In this document: piece after piece, positions 1-11,933 of the stretch | Layout of the letters: each line of letters starts with the position of its first letter | How positions within the stretch are numbered: the first letter of the stretch is position 1 | Notes under the pieces: model-generated | What the model was told of the DNA's origin: nothing | Seen by the model: the letters and a program-made list of their open reading frames with translations, nothing else | Database searches by the model: none | Source: Octopus bimaculoides | Lineage: Eukaryota | Length of the DNA stretch: 55,710 nt | Assembly (NCBI RefSeq): GCF_001194135.2 | Contig: NC_068997.1 | Location: forward strand, 31,301,001 to 31,356,710 | Reading direction: 5' to 3' | Made by a program: the position numbers and the translations under genes

Positions 1-1328
1 ATACAAAGTAATAGGTGCAGATTAGAGAAAACAGATTAGGAACATCCAGAGTACGAAGAGACGGTAGGTGAAGGAAAGTGAAGGAAAAAATAAAGATGAT
101 AAAGGTAATAAAGGTTTACAAAAGTGGAAAAGTTCAAAAGTTCAAAAGTTTTTTGGATGTTGTGGTATATTGAGGCGATTTCCAATCAGAAGATGGGTCC
201 AGTGTAATCCGTGGGTAGGAGAGGTGCAGCCGGAGGGTGTAAAGTTCAGAATCAAACAGTCCAGAAAGAGTAGATCCAGAAAGAAAGAAGGTAGAATCCA
301 GAAGTTCGTGTGTGAAGAGAGGAGACAGGATTAGCTGGTGCGACCACGTGAGCGTGCATTATATGTGGGAGAATGTACGAAAAAACAACAACAGACGAGG
401 ACAGGTGGTGTAAATAACAAAAGGATGTATTAGTATGACGTGTGTGCGTGGTGTGATGCTAGGGTATTGGTGTGATGTGATGTGAGGGTGTTGGGAGGTG
501 GGGAAGGCATGGGTGGAGTGTGGGTTAGGCTGAGGGTGGGGTAGAGGTAGGGGTGGGGTAGAGAGAGAGAAAGTGCATGTTAGCTGGATCTACCAAATAG
601 AGATAAAATAGAGTTCTACCTACTGCAAAAATAGCAGATAGCTATGGCTCTACCAGTCTGAAGAATAATAGCTTGGTCTACCGGTATAAAAGATAGCAAC
701 TAGTCATATCAATGTGAGAAAATATATGAAATTATTCATACCCAGAATATACAGCATTCATTTTAAGCAAATCCATTCATGAAATTCTCAATAAATCATT
801 CATCACAATTCAGAACTATTCAAGAATATTTTAAGATTTAAAAAAAAGCTTACTTGTTTGGGTTTCTGACCAGATGCCTGAGCCATTTCTTGACCTTCTG
901 GTCTGCAAAATCAATAAATGGTAAAATTTCAGGTTAATAAAATTAATTGTCAAGATGTGTATAAAGATAAATATTTAAGTCTTTATCCTTTAGCTGTGAA
1001 CGTCGAATAGAAAAGTTGTGTTATTGCAAGGAAAGAAATCAAGACAATGGAAAAGAAACTCAAGTTTAAGAAATAAAATGGCAAGTGAAAAGTTATTCAC
1101 AGAAAGAATGATTCAGTTAGAGATGAAAGCTGAGAGATAAACAAAGACAAAAGGAAGCCGAGAAATTAAGAGAGAATTTAAAAAGAGGCAATTTTTCAAA
1201 GAAAGGTAAGTAGAAGTATGCCGAAAAGTGAAAAAAAAGGCAGAAAAGGTGGAAAAACTAAACGTAACAGAAGCAAGTGATAAACAATAAGAACAATAGG
1301 AATTATACCTTAAAAATAATTCTATTCT

Positions 1329-1385
1329 CATACATACATACATACATACATACATACATACATGCATACATGCATACATACATAT
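1329..1385. repeat. (TACA)n microsatellite
   Basis: Direct read: catacatacatacata... with two catg variants. Confidence 0.95.
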
Positions 1386-1810
1386 ATACCAGGTAGATAT
1401 GTACCACGTAGGGCTGGATAAACTGCGGTTCCAGTCTATGGTTGATAAGTATCAAATAGGCTATTCTGGTTGCGCACACAGAGAAACCTAACCTTATGAA
1501 TATTTAGGACCTAGGAGCTGGTCAAAAATACGTGTTATGTTGAATTGTACGTAGTTGGTATACGCTATGGTGTCTGACGAGTCGTAATTTTCCTCAGTGG
1601 ATTATAATCAAATGAATAATAACAGACGATGGATAAATGTCAGCTCATTACAGCTGTTTTTTATGCATTTTTTTAACAGAAAATGAGAATTTTACTTCAT
1701 TAGAAAAAATCTGTAATTATCAGAGGAAACATAAGTTTACAAACATAAGAATATCACAATGATACGGAACAAAATGTGGAAAATGCGGGCGGCCTAACCG
1801 TGGTACATGG

Positions 1811-2236
1811 NNNNNNNNNNNNNNNNNNNNNNNNNNNNNNNNNNNNNNNNNNNNNNNNNNNNNNNNNNNNNNNNNNNNNNNNNNNNNNNNNNNNNNNNNN
1901 NNNNNNNNNNNNNNNNNNNNNNNNNNNNNNNNNNNNNNNNNNNNNNNNNNNNNNNNNNNNNNNNNNNNNNNNNNNNNNNNNNNNNNNNNNNNNNNNNNNN
2001 NNNNNNNNNNNNNNNNNNNNNNNNNNNNNNNNNNNNNNNNNNNNNNNNNNNNNNNNNNNNNNNNNNNNNNNNNNNNNNNNNNNNNNNNNNNNNNNNNNNN
2101 NNNNNNNNNNNNNNNNNNNNNNNNNNNNNNNNNNNNNNNNNNNNNNNNNNNNNNNNNNNNNNNNNNNNNNNNNNNNNNNNNNNNNNNNNNNNNNNNNNNN
2201 NNNNNNNNNNNNNNNNNNNNNNNNNNNNNNNNNNNN
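1811..2236. other. Assembly gap (N run). Other gaps at 3708-3717, 13999-14209, 22283-22743, 53709-54592
   Basis: N characters. ORFs spanning them are artefacts. Confidence 1.
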
Positions 2237-2783
2237 CTAACAGGTCAGTGAGCACATAGATAGATGTGTTAGGAATCATAAACCAAACTTCCTAATTTTT
2301 CCTTTTTATCAATGTTACCAGAACACTTCAGTGCAGCAAAGACTAAATAAAGAGGCAACTTTCAGTAATAAATATCAACCATAAATTAACATGAGCACAG
2401 AACTTAATACAGGACAACACTAACCTTACTAATACCAATAATCCCACTAATCCTCATACATCTCATATACCATTCATACCCTATCAATCATATTAATCTA
2501 GCTGCATCACTTTCAAAACTGCTTACCTCCCTTACATACAGATCTATCGCTCAGGTACTATTAGACCCAACAGCGTTTGGAAATCGGTTTTGATTCAAAG
2601 TCAGTGCACAGCGATGACGAAACCGGTATGACTTTCTATATTGACTCATGATAAGGGTTTTTATACTTCTTAATTCCATCTTAAATCATTTAATTGTATG
2701 TGTATATCTTTGTTCTTATAAATAGAACCATCACTTTTATATCTAGTGTGCATTTTCTTTGTTTCTTTTCACTTTTCCCCTAT
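2237..2783 (+). repeat. 5' pseudo-LTR (left end runs into gap)
   Basis: Colinear with 5257-5800 from ctaacaggtcagtgagcac to acttttcccctat. Confidence 0.9.
2597..2635 (+). ncRNA. Minimal type I hammerhead ribozyme-like motif (variant core) in 5' pLTR
   Basis: aaagtca (stem I) - gtgcaca (core 3-9) - g cgatga c (1-bp stem II) - gaa - accggt (palindromic stem III) - a (GUA site) - tgacttt (stem I'). Confidence 0.65.
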
Positions 2784-3343
2784 TTATACCACCTGTAGTC
2801 TTTTTTCTTTGAAACCTGTTTCTATTAAATTTTACAACATGTGAGATTGAAAATGCCCAGGTAATCAAAACACTCGGTTAAAATCTTCAACGAAGATATA
2901 CTAAAGGTCCTAAAAGAGATCAACTCAAATTTGAGACTCCTAATTAGCAAAATTGATTAAATTAACCGATTTACAGTGGCAAAGGAAAAAGAAGAGAAAG
3001 GAAAATTTATGGAACAAGTCAATCGACATTTGACTGAATTATGTAGCATTCTACAATCGTCGCCTTTTAATTCATGTATAAAATGAAAATCCTCATGTAA
3101 ACGATACACATGATAGAACCACTCCTCCCTCCATTAACGCAATCAATTAAAAACCGCATTATCCATTTCTGGAACGAGAGACTTAAAGCTCAAATACTCT
3201 CATTCTGGAATAGGATTAAAACAACTACAAGGTGGAAATATATGAATGCTGGTTAAATTCTACTTCACTAATCCTACTACGTAAATTTCAAATTAAACCA
3301 GTACTTAAGTAGCAGGACCAACAAAAAGCAACTAAAGGAGAAA

Positions 3344-5410
3344 TTGCCGTTCGAACAAATTAAGACAGAAATCGAACTCTTCATACCCAGAGCTTTAAAG
3401 AATGAACAAAAATTGAAAAACATAGATGTGGAAATATATACCGAGTTAAGTAAACCTTCTGATGGACAACTCTTGGATAGTGTTTCCGAAATATGGAAAA
3501 CAATATGTGAAGTTGAAGAAACCAATTCCGTACAACGCTGGCAAAAGCAAGGTAATTTTTACTAAAACTATGAATCACAGTTCAACACAGAAAACATGTC
3601 GGATAACCCCTTCCTGAAGAAAACGAAAGCGAAAACTCACACAGAAATGACCTCACATTTTCCTAACTCAAACTGCAGATAATCTTGGGGATACAACTTC
3701 ACCAACCNNNNNNNNNNGATGTAAAGTGAAAGAAAACTTACATGAACAACTGAAAATAATCAACCTATCAAAGAAAATCCTAAGTAGTACATAGACTAAT
3801 ATTTTAGCAAGAGGTTTGAAGTTTACACCAACACGTCGCAGATCGAACCCGAATGAAATCAACGATAAAACTATGGACTTTTGCTGAAAATTGCGTTTCA
3901 TACAAGCACTTCATAATTACAACGAAAGACAGAAATAAAGCACTTGATGACTTTTATGAACACATTACCAATTTTCCATTTAATGCCCTACAAAAACAAC
4001 GAATTACCCCAACTTCAATACAAATGAAAGAAAAAAACTTAATTGAGTTCAAAAACGATACAAACCTGACCATTAAAGAAGCTATTAAAGGAAGTGCGGT
4101 AGTAGTGATGGACATAGAGTACAATATCAATTTAATTCTCTCCATGCTGGAAAACAATTCTTACTGTGAGAAGACAGAGCACTATAACCCACAGAATATG
4201 CTTAAAAACTTATCCTTCTTAATTAACATACATGGAAAGGGCTTCCCTAAAAAGAAATGTATTATTTATCCAAGATTCATGGAGCCTATGCATTAATATT
4301 CCAGCCCCTACTGACCTCAAAACTAAGACCCATCATTATGAAACTCACCGTCTGAGCAATTTCCTCGACATTTTAAACCATTTTTAAAAATATGATAAAA
4401 GCTTCATCAGGAATGATTTAGACATGCTTAACGACCTCCCAAAAACAATAAATGAAGGAACCCTATTAGCATCATTGAATGTGGTGAACTTGTGCATCAA
4501 AATCCCACACCATCATGACATAAAAGCAATCATCTTCTGGCTACAAAAATAACCAGAAGAGATCCCAGGACATCAACCACATCAACCACAGATTCGTAAT
4601 CCCAGTACTGAAATTTATCTTCCAGAACAACTACTTCATGTTGGGTACAGTTTACTATCAACAATGTGTGTAATTTCAGTGAGGCCTCGTGTTGCCCCAT
4701 TGATTGCGAACTTTGTAATCTAGAACTTAAAATATACCAATTATCACAACAAAAATATGGTACCCCAAAGGAATTAGACATACGAGCACTAAGGGAAGCT
4801 ACCGAAATACTACACCAAATTTAAATGTACTCCTATACATCTCCACACATAACCCCAGAAACAATGAGGCATTCAACATCATCATCCAAAATTTCCTCAT
4901 TCCCACTGGGGATAAAACAATGAAGGAAATTTTGGGCTCACACAAAATTATCAAAAGCAAAATGCAACCGAAATCATTGAAAAAATATTAACTGGTGGAA
5001 GACTATATACCTTAACAACGGGATCAAAAGTGAAAGATGAGGACGGCCTAACTGTGGGATATGCTCCCACCTTTTGGAAGGTACGGAATCTCACTTCAAA
5101 TAAGATGAAATATTTAAAGTAAAGTCACATTTAACTTGTACCTCTGCAGACCAAATCTATGCCATTACCTAGTTAGGTTGCCAAAACCACTTTATAGGAA
5201 AAAACACGAAGAATAACGCTTCAAAAACAACAAATCAGCTTCCCACAATATAGACACTAACAGATCAGTGAGCACATGGATAGATGTGAAAGGAATCTTA
5301 AACCAAACTTCCTAATTTCCCCTTTTTATCAATGTTCCCAGAATACTTCAGTGCAGTAAAGACTAAATAAAGAGGCAACTTTCATTAATAAATATTAACC
5401 ACAACTTAAC
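3344..5410 (+). pseudogene. Penelope-type RT + GIY-YIG endonuclease, frameshifted and internally deleted
   Basis: Motifs as above spread over several frames. The RT palm (YxDD) region appears deleted near 4780. Confidence 0.85.
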
Positions 5411-5797
5411 ATGAACACACAACTTATTACAGGACACTACTAACCTTACTAATGCCAATAATCTCACTAATATTCATACATCTCATATACCATTCATACT
5501 CTTTTAATCATATTAATCTAATTGCATCACTTTCAGAACTACTTACCTCCCTTACCTACAGATCTATCGCTCAGGTACTATTAGACCCAACAGCGTTTGG
5601 AAATCTGTTTTGATTCAAAGTCAGTGAACAGCGATGACGAAACCAGTATGACTTTCTATATTAACTCATGATATGGATTTTTATACTTCTTAATTCTACC
5701 TCCTATTTAATTGCATGCATATATCTTTGTTCTTATAAAAAGAACCATTTCTTTTATACCTAGTGAGCATTTTCATTGTTTCGTTTTACTTTTCCCC

Positions 5798-5800
<3 letters not shown>
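5257..5800 (+). repeat. 3' pseudo-LTR
   Basis: Colinear diverged copy of 2237-2783, ending at a (TA)n tract. Confidence 0.9.
5617..5655 (+). ncRNA. Minimal type I hammerhead ribozyme-like motif (variant core) in 3' pLTR
   Basis: aaagtca-gtgaaca-gcgatgac-gaa-accagt-a-tgacttt. Same fold, palindrome broken by one substitution. Confidence 0.65.
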
Positions 5801-5833
<33 letters not shown>

Positions 5834-5834
<1 letters not shown>

Positions 5835-5951
5835 GATGTTTTCGATCTAGTCTGGATTCTTTGCCATCAAATTTGATTGCAAAGAATTCAAATTTGATAG
5901 CAAAGAATACAAATTCGATGGCAAAGCATCCAAACTAGATCGAAAACATCT
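5834..5951. repeat. 118-bp foldback / MITE-like inverted repeat in a (TA)n tract
   Basis: Perfect 18-bp IR agatgttttcgatctagt / actagatcgaaaacatct, extending to ~42 bp with 3 mismatches. Internal 21-bp tandem units caaatttgat(t/a)gcaaagaat. Confidence 0.8.
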
Positions 5952-6059
5952 TTATATATAAGGACTATAAGGACCTATAGTCGAAATGTCAAACTCATTT
6001 TGCGTTTTTTTAATTGACTATTTTGCACACACACACACGCACACACACAGCCAGCGTTT

Positions 6060-7050
6060 TATCTATTCCTGTTCGATATTTTAACCGGAAATTGGAGACC
6101 TTATAGTGCCTCGTTGCCTTCCAGCTGTTTACTTTTTATAGTGCCTGGTTTACCTCTTCAGTTGTTATAGAAGTCCAGAGTTGTTTAGGAGCTGTTTTTG
6201 TTACTTTGAAATACCTTTTCCGAGGTTTTTTCCTCACCGACCACATTTCTTTCCAAAATTCTTCCACATCTTCTTCTATTGGCACTGCATTGATCCCTAT
6301 TTTATTTTTGCCAAGTTCTAGGTAGAATCTTTTGAGGTTGGAGTAGAACCGTTTGTTTTGCTCAAAGAAATGTTAGCGTTTCTCGTACTGGCGGATTTTT
6401 TTGTACTTTGGCGGATATCTTGCTTTAGCTGTTCTTTTACCCCAGGTATACCTTGTTCTAGAATTTTGTATTTCCATAGTATTTTACTTCTGTTCTTGTT
6501 GCTTAGTAGTGTTGATTGTCTACTAATTTCCTTAAGGACCGACAGATCCTTTCTTTTATTTCATTTCTTTTTTCTAAATATTCTTTATTCACATGTTTTT
6601 TTGGGTGGGGTGGGGGGTGATTCTCCTGTTTGGATGGGTTTGAGGGAGTATCCAGCTCTGATATATTATATCATTTGACCTGATCATACTGACGTTTGTT
6701 TCTGTGGCTATTAGTTCCGTGACGGCCAGGTTCTTGTCATTTATTATTAATGTGGTTTTATTATCAATCCTAACTTTTGGGAGGTACAATCAGTGGTCCA
6801 TACTGAGAATTGTGCCTTTCAATTCTCTGATTATATTCATTTTTAGAGTATCATAATCATTAGGTTCACCTTCACTGTTTCCATGCTTTAAATTTGTTTC
6901 GCCTCGCCTTCCTTCCCGTTCATATTTTTGTCCGTGGTGTTCTGATTTTGTGCATCTTGCTCATCATTATACATTCCTACAGCCTGGGTTTGTTGTCTTT
7001 CGTTGTTTACCTCGCTTTTGTTGGACATGTTGCGTTTGTCTTCGTATTTT
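6060..7050 (-). mobile_element. R4/Dong-like non-LTR retrotransposon fragment (N-terminal part before RT)
   Basis: Minus strand LPKVRIDNKTTLII (ORF 6589-6789), NKRFYSNL and SWKATRHYKVSNFRLK (~6078-6126, cf. NWKAPGxDxIxNFWLK of R4/Dong proteins). Confidence 0.7.
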
Positions 7051-7544
7051 ACACTCCCAGTGCTCATAATATTATTTGCCGTTGTTGTGTGGTCACTATC
7101 TACAATTTCTTGATGTACACCGAACCGCAAAAGAAACGCAATTTTTTTCAAATGTCATTTTGATATGGTGAGTATATTCCGGTAATGTAAGTGAAAATAT
7201 TCCAAAACATGCTGGTTTATGGCTGAGACCCAGATTGCAGGTAACCTTTAAACTTTCCCTGAAACGAGACGCCAAAACGCAGCTGTGCTGAATGTCCTGG
7301 GTGGCAGTCGCAAACAATTGAAATGAAAACCGAAATGCACGTGCATCTCGTGGAGGTTATGGGTATAAAAATGAACTTGAACCGCATTCCTGGTATTCGT
7401 ACTTTCTCGTTTTTTTTTTTTTTTAGTTCATTATTGGATTACTGTTGGTTTGCTTGTTGAATTTGCTGTTGTTGAAGTTGCTGGTATTGTTGAACTCTCT
7501 TTCTCTTATATCATTTTGTTGTATTAATTACGTTCTGCGTTTCG

Positions 7545-8830
7545 CAAACAATTTCCATCTTATGCGCTATACCTTAGAGTGGATAAATAGGATTCCTGGC
7601 AAGGGTGGGGCGCTAATACATTTAGACCTGGCTAAAGTTTTCGATTGGGTTGACCATCAGTATCTAGTGAAAGTTCTGGCGGCGGTCGGACTTAACCCGA
7701 TCTTCCGTGGTTTGATCATCTCATCATATAGTAACATCGACTCGATCGTTCGGGTGAACGGCTGCTTTTTGGATGTCTGCTCTCCCCACTTCTGTATGCA
7801 CTTGCTCTCAAGCCCTTATTGCAGGTGTTGAAGGGTTTCAGTGGAAGATCAGTAACGGCGTATCAGGATGACATCACCATTATCGTATCCGAGGCGGAAC
7901 ACCTACAGATGGTAGGTGAAGCCGCTCAAGAATACGAAGCGGTGGCAGGAGCAATAATTAACCGCGAAAAGTCAGTCGGCTTGCTTCTCGGAACCAGGAG
8001 AGGCAAGTCGATGCCGTCCAACAGCGTCGTGGGACGTTGGACAGACGGTCCGGTGAAAATGCTCGGGGTGTGCTTCGGGCCAGACCTACAATTAGAGAAA
8101 AATTGCAGCGAAGTCACGAGCAGTGTGGCCTATGTAACCCAGAGCTGGTCTGGGTGACGGCTATCCCAGAAAGAGAGGGTGGAGGTCTCAAATATGTTTA
8201 TCGTGTCTGTGATCATCTACCACCTAAGCGTCGTGCATTGTCCTGATTCGTGCCTAAGCAGGAATGAACGATTGCTCTTCCGCTTTTTGTGGAAGAGCAG
8301 AGGACCTCTTGTAAGGCGCTCTATCTGTTGCCAACAACCGCTGAAGGGTGCGCTAGGGATATCTTGGCTAATGATGCGCAAGCACGCGCTGATGCTAAAG
8401 CATCTTTGGTTTTACCTGGATGGTGAACGGGTGTGGTCTCCGTTTGTTAAACTGTTGCTTTCTAGATTCACCAGTTTTAGTGAACTAGAACCATGGATCA
8501 AGCGTAGACCAAAGTTGGGTTCTTGGTAGGCCGAGTGTCGCAAGGCATCCGTGCTCTTCTGCCGCAAGGGCAATGCTGATAGCGTTGGTTCTACTTCGTC
8601 TTTATATAGAGGGTAAGTAGAGGCTAAGTGTGACGACATTCGGGCCAGAGGACATTCGGGGTCAGGAACCCTGGACAACTTCCAGAGGTCCCTTGCCTGG
8701 CAATGTTACCGAGGAGCTCTACCTGTTCATGATAAACTAGCAAGGCATGGTGTCACTCATGTTCACTCAACTGCCCAAGATGTGGGCGGGAAAGGGAAAC
8801 CGTTCGCCACACATTCTTGCAATGTTCGGG
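7545..8830 (+). pseudogene. Tx1/L1-like ORF2 reverse transcriptase and C-terminal remnant
   Basis: NNFHLMRYTLE, LDLAKVFDWVDHQYL, CLLSPLLYALALKP (frameshifted), AYQDDITIIVS (YADD motif), INREKSVGLLLG, GPVKMLGVCFGPDLQ. Confidence 0.9.
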
Positions 8831-8844
8831 AATTTCAAAACTGG

Positions 8845-10430
8845 TTTTTCGTCGAACGACTGTTGTCAAGTCTTGGAAGAGTACAGCTGTCGTCCGAGTC
8901 AATTATAAAGATTGTTTCATCGCCCTCTCAGAACAAAGAGGAAATATGTTTTACAAGAGAAAAAAGAATTTTGCGATTGTTGCGGTAATATCTGTGTCGG
9001 AATTGGAAGCAAGAAACACACGCCGATGGAGTGTCAGGGGATGAGAAATAAACACTCATACCCAGCAGTAAGGACGTTCGAGTTGTCAGAATTAGAGTAG
9101 GTAGAATCCCACTGTGGATTGAACCTGAACGGATGATACCAGCAATCTTTACAGAAAGTGAGAGAAGAGGCTACAGAGATATGGGGAGAATTAGGTTTAA
9201 CTGGACCCAATTTGTGAATTGATGGGGTTACGCTGTGGAAGTGAACTGTATAATGAATCAGTATTTTTACGAGGAAATGCCAGAGACAGTGGAGCTTCCA
9301 AACAGAGACAAATTGGAGAGGATAATGATTGGGAGGTCTCCAAATTGTTACGGATGCGGCGAGAGGAGGCACTTAGAAAGAAAGTGCCCTAGATTAATGG
9401 AAGTTGTAGATATAATAGAGGAGAAGGATATGGCTCTGAAGAATGAATTTGTGGAGGTTAAGGCGAAGAAAAGAGAAAGGAGAATGTCTCCGCCGACAAT
9501 GAATCCTAAGAAGTATAAAGCAAAGGAAGAAGGAAACCAACCAAGAAAGAGAAGTAGAAACAGTTCACCTGTGGGATCGCCTAAGGAGAGTGTCACAGAA
9601 AAATCAACGTCTCTAAGAAAACACGAAGTCGTTCATCTTCACAAACAGTCAGACTCACAGACACAGAAACATTCAAACATACAGAAAACAGAGACACAAG
9701 ATAACCTAGAAGTAAATATACCCAAAAAGACAGACTCACATACGAAACACGCCTATTTACAGTCACACTAACATACTGTCTCACAAACGCACAAACCTAC
9801 AGACATACAAGCACAAAAAAGCTTAGACAGACAAACACAAGGAAACACAGAACTACAAAAACATAAGAACGCAGAGTCACAGTTACAATGCACAGGCACA
9901 CAGGACACACACAGAAGCAAATTTTTCCTAGTGACATATAAGACATCGCAAAAAATAGAGAAAAAGATTTCAAGATGGAAAGAGACTGTCAAGGTGAACT
10001 TAGAAGAAAGCTATGACAAGAACATAAGATGTATCTTGATGGATAATACTAAGTATAGCTCGTTAAAAGAGGCCTTTTCTTCGGATATGAATCCGCTGGG
10101 GCCGGTGGTGGAATTTGTGGAGATAAAAGAAAAGATAAAGTGGTGAATATCATCTGTTTCAAAGACTGTAAATTAGAGTGTTAAATCCTTTTGTATTCAT
10201 ACTGATTTTTAAAAATTGCGAACATTTGTAAAAGTTTTTGAATTTTAAGTTCGAAAAGAACGAATAACCTCGTGGTCATCTTGGAGCGGGGCTGGGATGT
10301 TCTTGTTTATCAAAATCATCTTCATTATAATTATTTCACTTTTCTTTCATCATTTCATGCGTTTTTGTCCCCGCATGTGTATATATGTCCCCTCTGTGTT
10401 TGGGCCTTGTGCCTTGGAATTAAAATTAAT
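8845..10430 (+). mobile_element. ORF1-only Tx1-like element, unit A (zinc-knuckle gag-like ORF, AC-rich tail, 3' module)
   Basis: RRTTVVKS..MFYKRKKNFAIVAV; CCHC knuckle CYGCGERRHLERKC (9346-9387); C-terminal DMNPLGPVVEF; 3' hairpin 10277-10299; gtcccctctgtgttt tract and A-rich end. No ORF2 between ORF1 and tail. Confidence 0.75.
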
Positions 10431-11903
10431 TCGTAATTTCTCCGTGAAAGAACAATTGTTGAGTGGTTTAATTTGCTGAAGACTTCTGGCCAGGTACGTC
10501 GAACTACTAAAATTGTTACTATTATCGTTAATTTTTTGCGTTTTTCAAAAGCACACAGCTTGTTCAGCAAGCTTGTTTTGTATTGTATTTTTTCCCGTTC
10601 GGGATGCAAAGTAAGATGCCGGAGATGGACGACGAGAAGGAACGAGCAGGAAGCTACGCGTCGGTGGCTGGCAAGCAAAAGAAGATAGTTCCACAGTTGG
10701 AAATGAGTACAATCAACATCTTCAGTTTTGACGTAAATGAATGTTACTATTATAGAGAAAGCGAGGGGTCGAAAGTGAAGTTGCTCCCCTCCACCGGGGA
10801 AATTAACCAAAGACCTGAGAAAGACGATAGTAGCGTATAGGACCTTATGGTTACCGCGAAAGGAGATTGATGTGGCTCCGGAGGAAATCATTGATAAATG
10901 CCTCGAACCAATGAAAGAAGTCATCTCCTATTACACTCGTGGTAGGAAGTACGGTACAGTAGAGGTGAGATTTGCCACTGTAGAAAAGGCAGAGAAGAAC
11001 GCAACTGATCAGAAGAATGGCTGCTCCTGCCAACCTACCTGGGGAAACGGATTGCTAGGGTAAGGGTTGGCGGGATTCCGCCAGAAATAGAACCAGCATG
11101 GTTTGTAGCAGCCATATTCTCGGAATCAAAAGAAAACCCAGCAACTGCACAGACAACAAGGTCGCAGCAAATAAATTGATGGGGTAATGCCCTCGAATTA
11201 GTGGTCCAGGCCACACAGACTGAATTCCGGTAGTGATCGAATTACCAGAAGAAATGAAATTGGCAATAACAGTGGAGGGGAGACCTCCATCTTGCTATGG
11301 CTGCGACCAGAAGGGGCACATAAAAAAATGTGCCCCCAAAAGGAAGAAGAACCAAAGAATGATGTCGAGATCCTCACTGAGACCGAAAGCGTGGAGAAGC
11401 TGGCAAAAGTACCCAAGGTGCCACTGAAACGGAACGAATCGACCAGGAAAGTGCTGGGGAAGACCACAGACTAGTATCTGGAAAAAGGGAAAGAAATGTT
11501 ACACCACCAAAGGGTACACAAGTGAACAAAAAGAAGTCCCATACACATCAGACAGACAAAATGTGAAACTTTAAAGAAACAGTTTAAATTAGATATAGAT
11601 CCACTGGGGGTAGAGGTGAGGTTTGAAACCCTACCTCCAGTGGTGGAATTTAATGAACTAAAACCGTATTTTGTTGAATAAGTATAATTGTGTTTAAATT
11701 TTGTTAAATTAACGGTTAACGTTCAGATAATTGAATAGTAATAACGAGATTGCTCGCGGGTGGAGCGCGAGCAATAACGTTCATCCTCATTTGTATATTT
11801 CATTTCATTCATCGTTTTATTTATATGTCCCCATGTGTATTGTCTTTGTATGTCCTTGTATCGTCTCTTCTATATTTAATCTCTTGTGGGCGATAAAAAA
11901 AAA
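10431..11903 (+). mobile_element. ORF1-only Tx1-like element, unit B
   Basis: SYASVAGK, YRTLWL, RGRKYGTVEVRFAT, LPTYLGKRIARVRVGGIPPEIE, LAITVEGRPPSCYGCDQKGHIKK(M)C (11293-11333, 1-nt slip), DIDPLGVEVRFETLPPVVEF; 10-bp hairpin 11749-11775; ends gataaaaaaaaac. Confidence 0.8.
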
Positions 11904-11933
11904 CAAAATCCTTCCCCTCACTTGGTCTTTGGA

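Larger units (their letters stand above)
2237..5800 (+). mobile_element. Penelope-like retroelement (Neptune-type), decayed, flanked by direct pseudo-LTRs
   Basis: ~545-bp direct repeats at 2237-2783 and 5257-5800 (offset 3020) contain the GIY-YIG C-terminus, as is typical of pLTRs. Internal remnants: INLSKKIL..ARGLKFTPT (~3765-3835), IKEAIKGSAVVVMD (ORF 3853-4296), HRLSNFLDI..LLASLNVVNLCIKIPH (RT), IANF, KMQPKSLKKIL, CGIC linker, IYAIT*LGCQNHFIGK (GIY-YIG, ~5155-5205). Confidence 0.9.

Noticed and set aside
499-558. G-quadruplex-like G-run cluster
   Set aside because: Loops are partly longer than 7 nt, and such purine-rich tracts are common in retroelement UTRs. No functional support.
585-712. 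CRISPR-like repeat-spacer array
   Set aside because: Shared part is only ~5 bp, spacing is irregular, there are no cas genes, and the context is eukaryotic.
880-930. PFLDLLV peptide resembling a Penelope RT motif
   Set aside because: Isolated heptapeptide with no neighbouring RT motifs in frame.
1776-2279. Long ORFs spanning N runs (also 13858-14247, 22174-22891, 53424-54679)
   Set aside because: Open only because N codons contain no stops.
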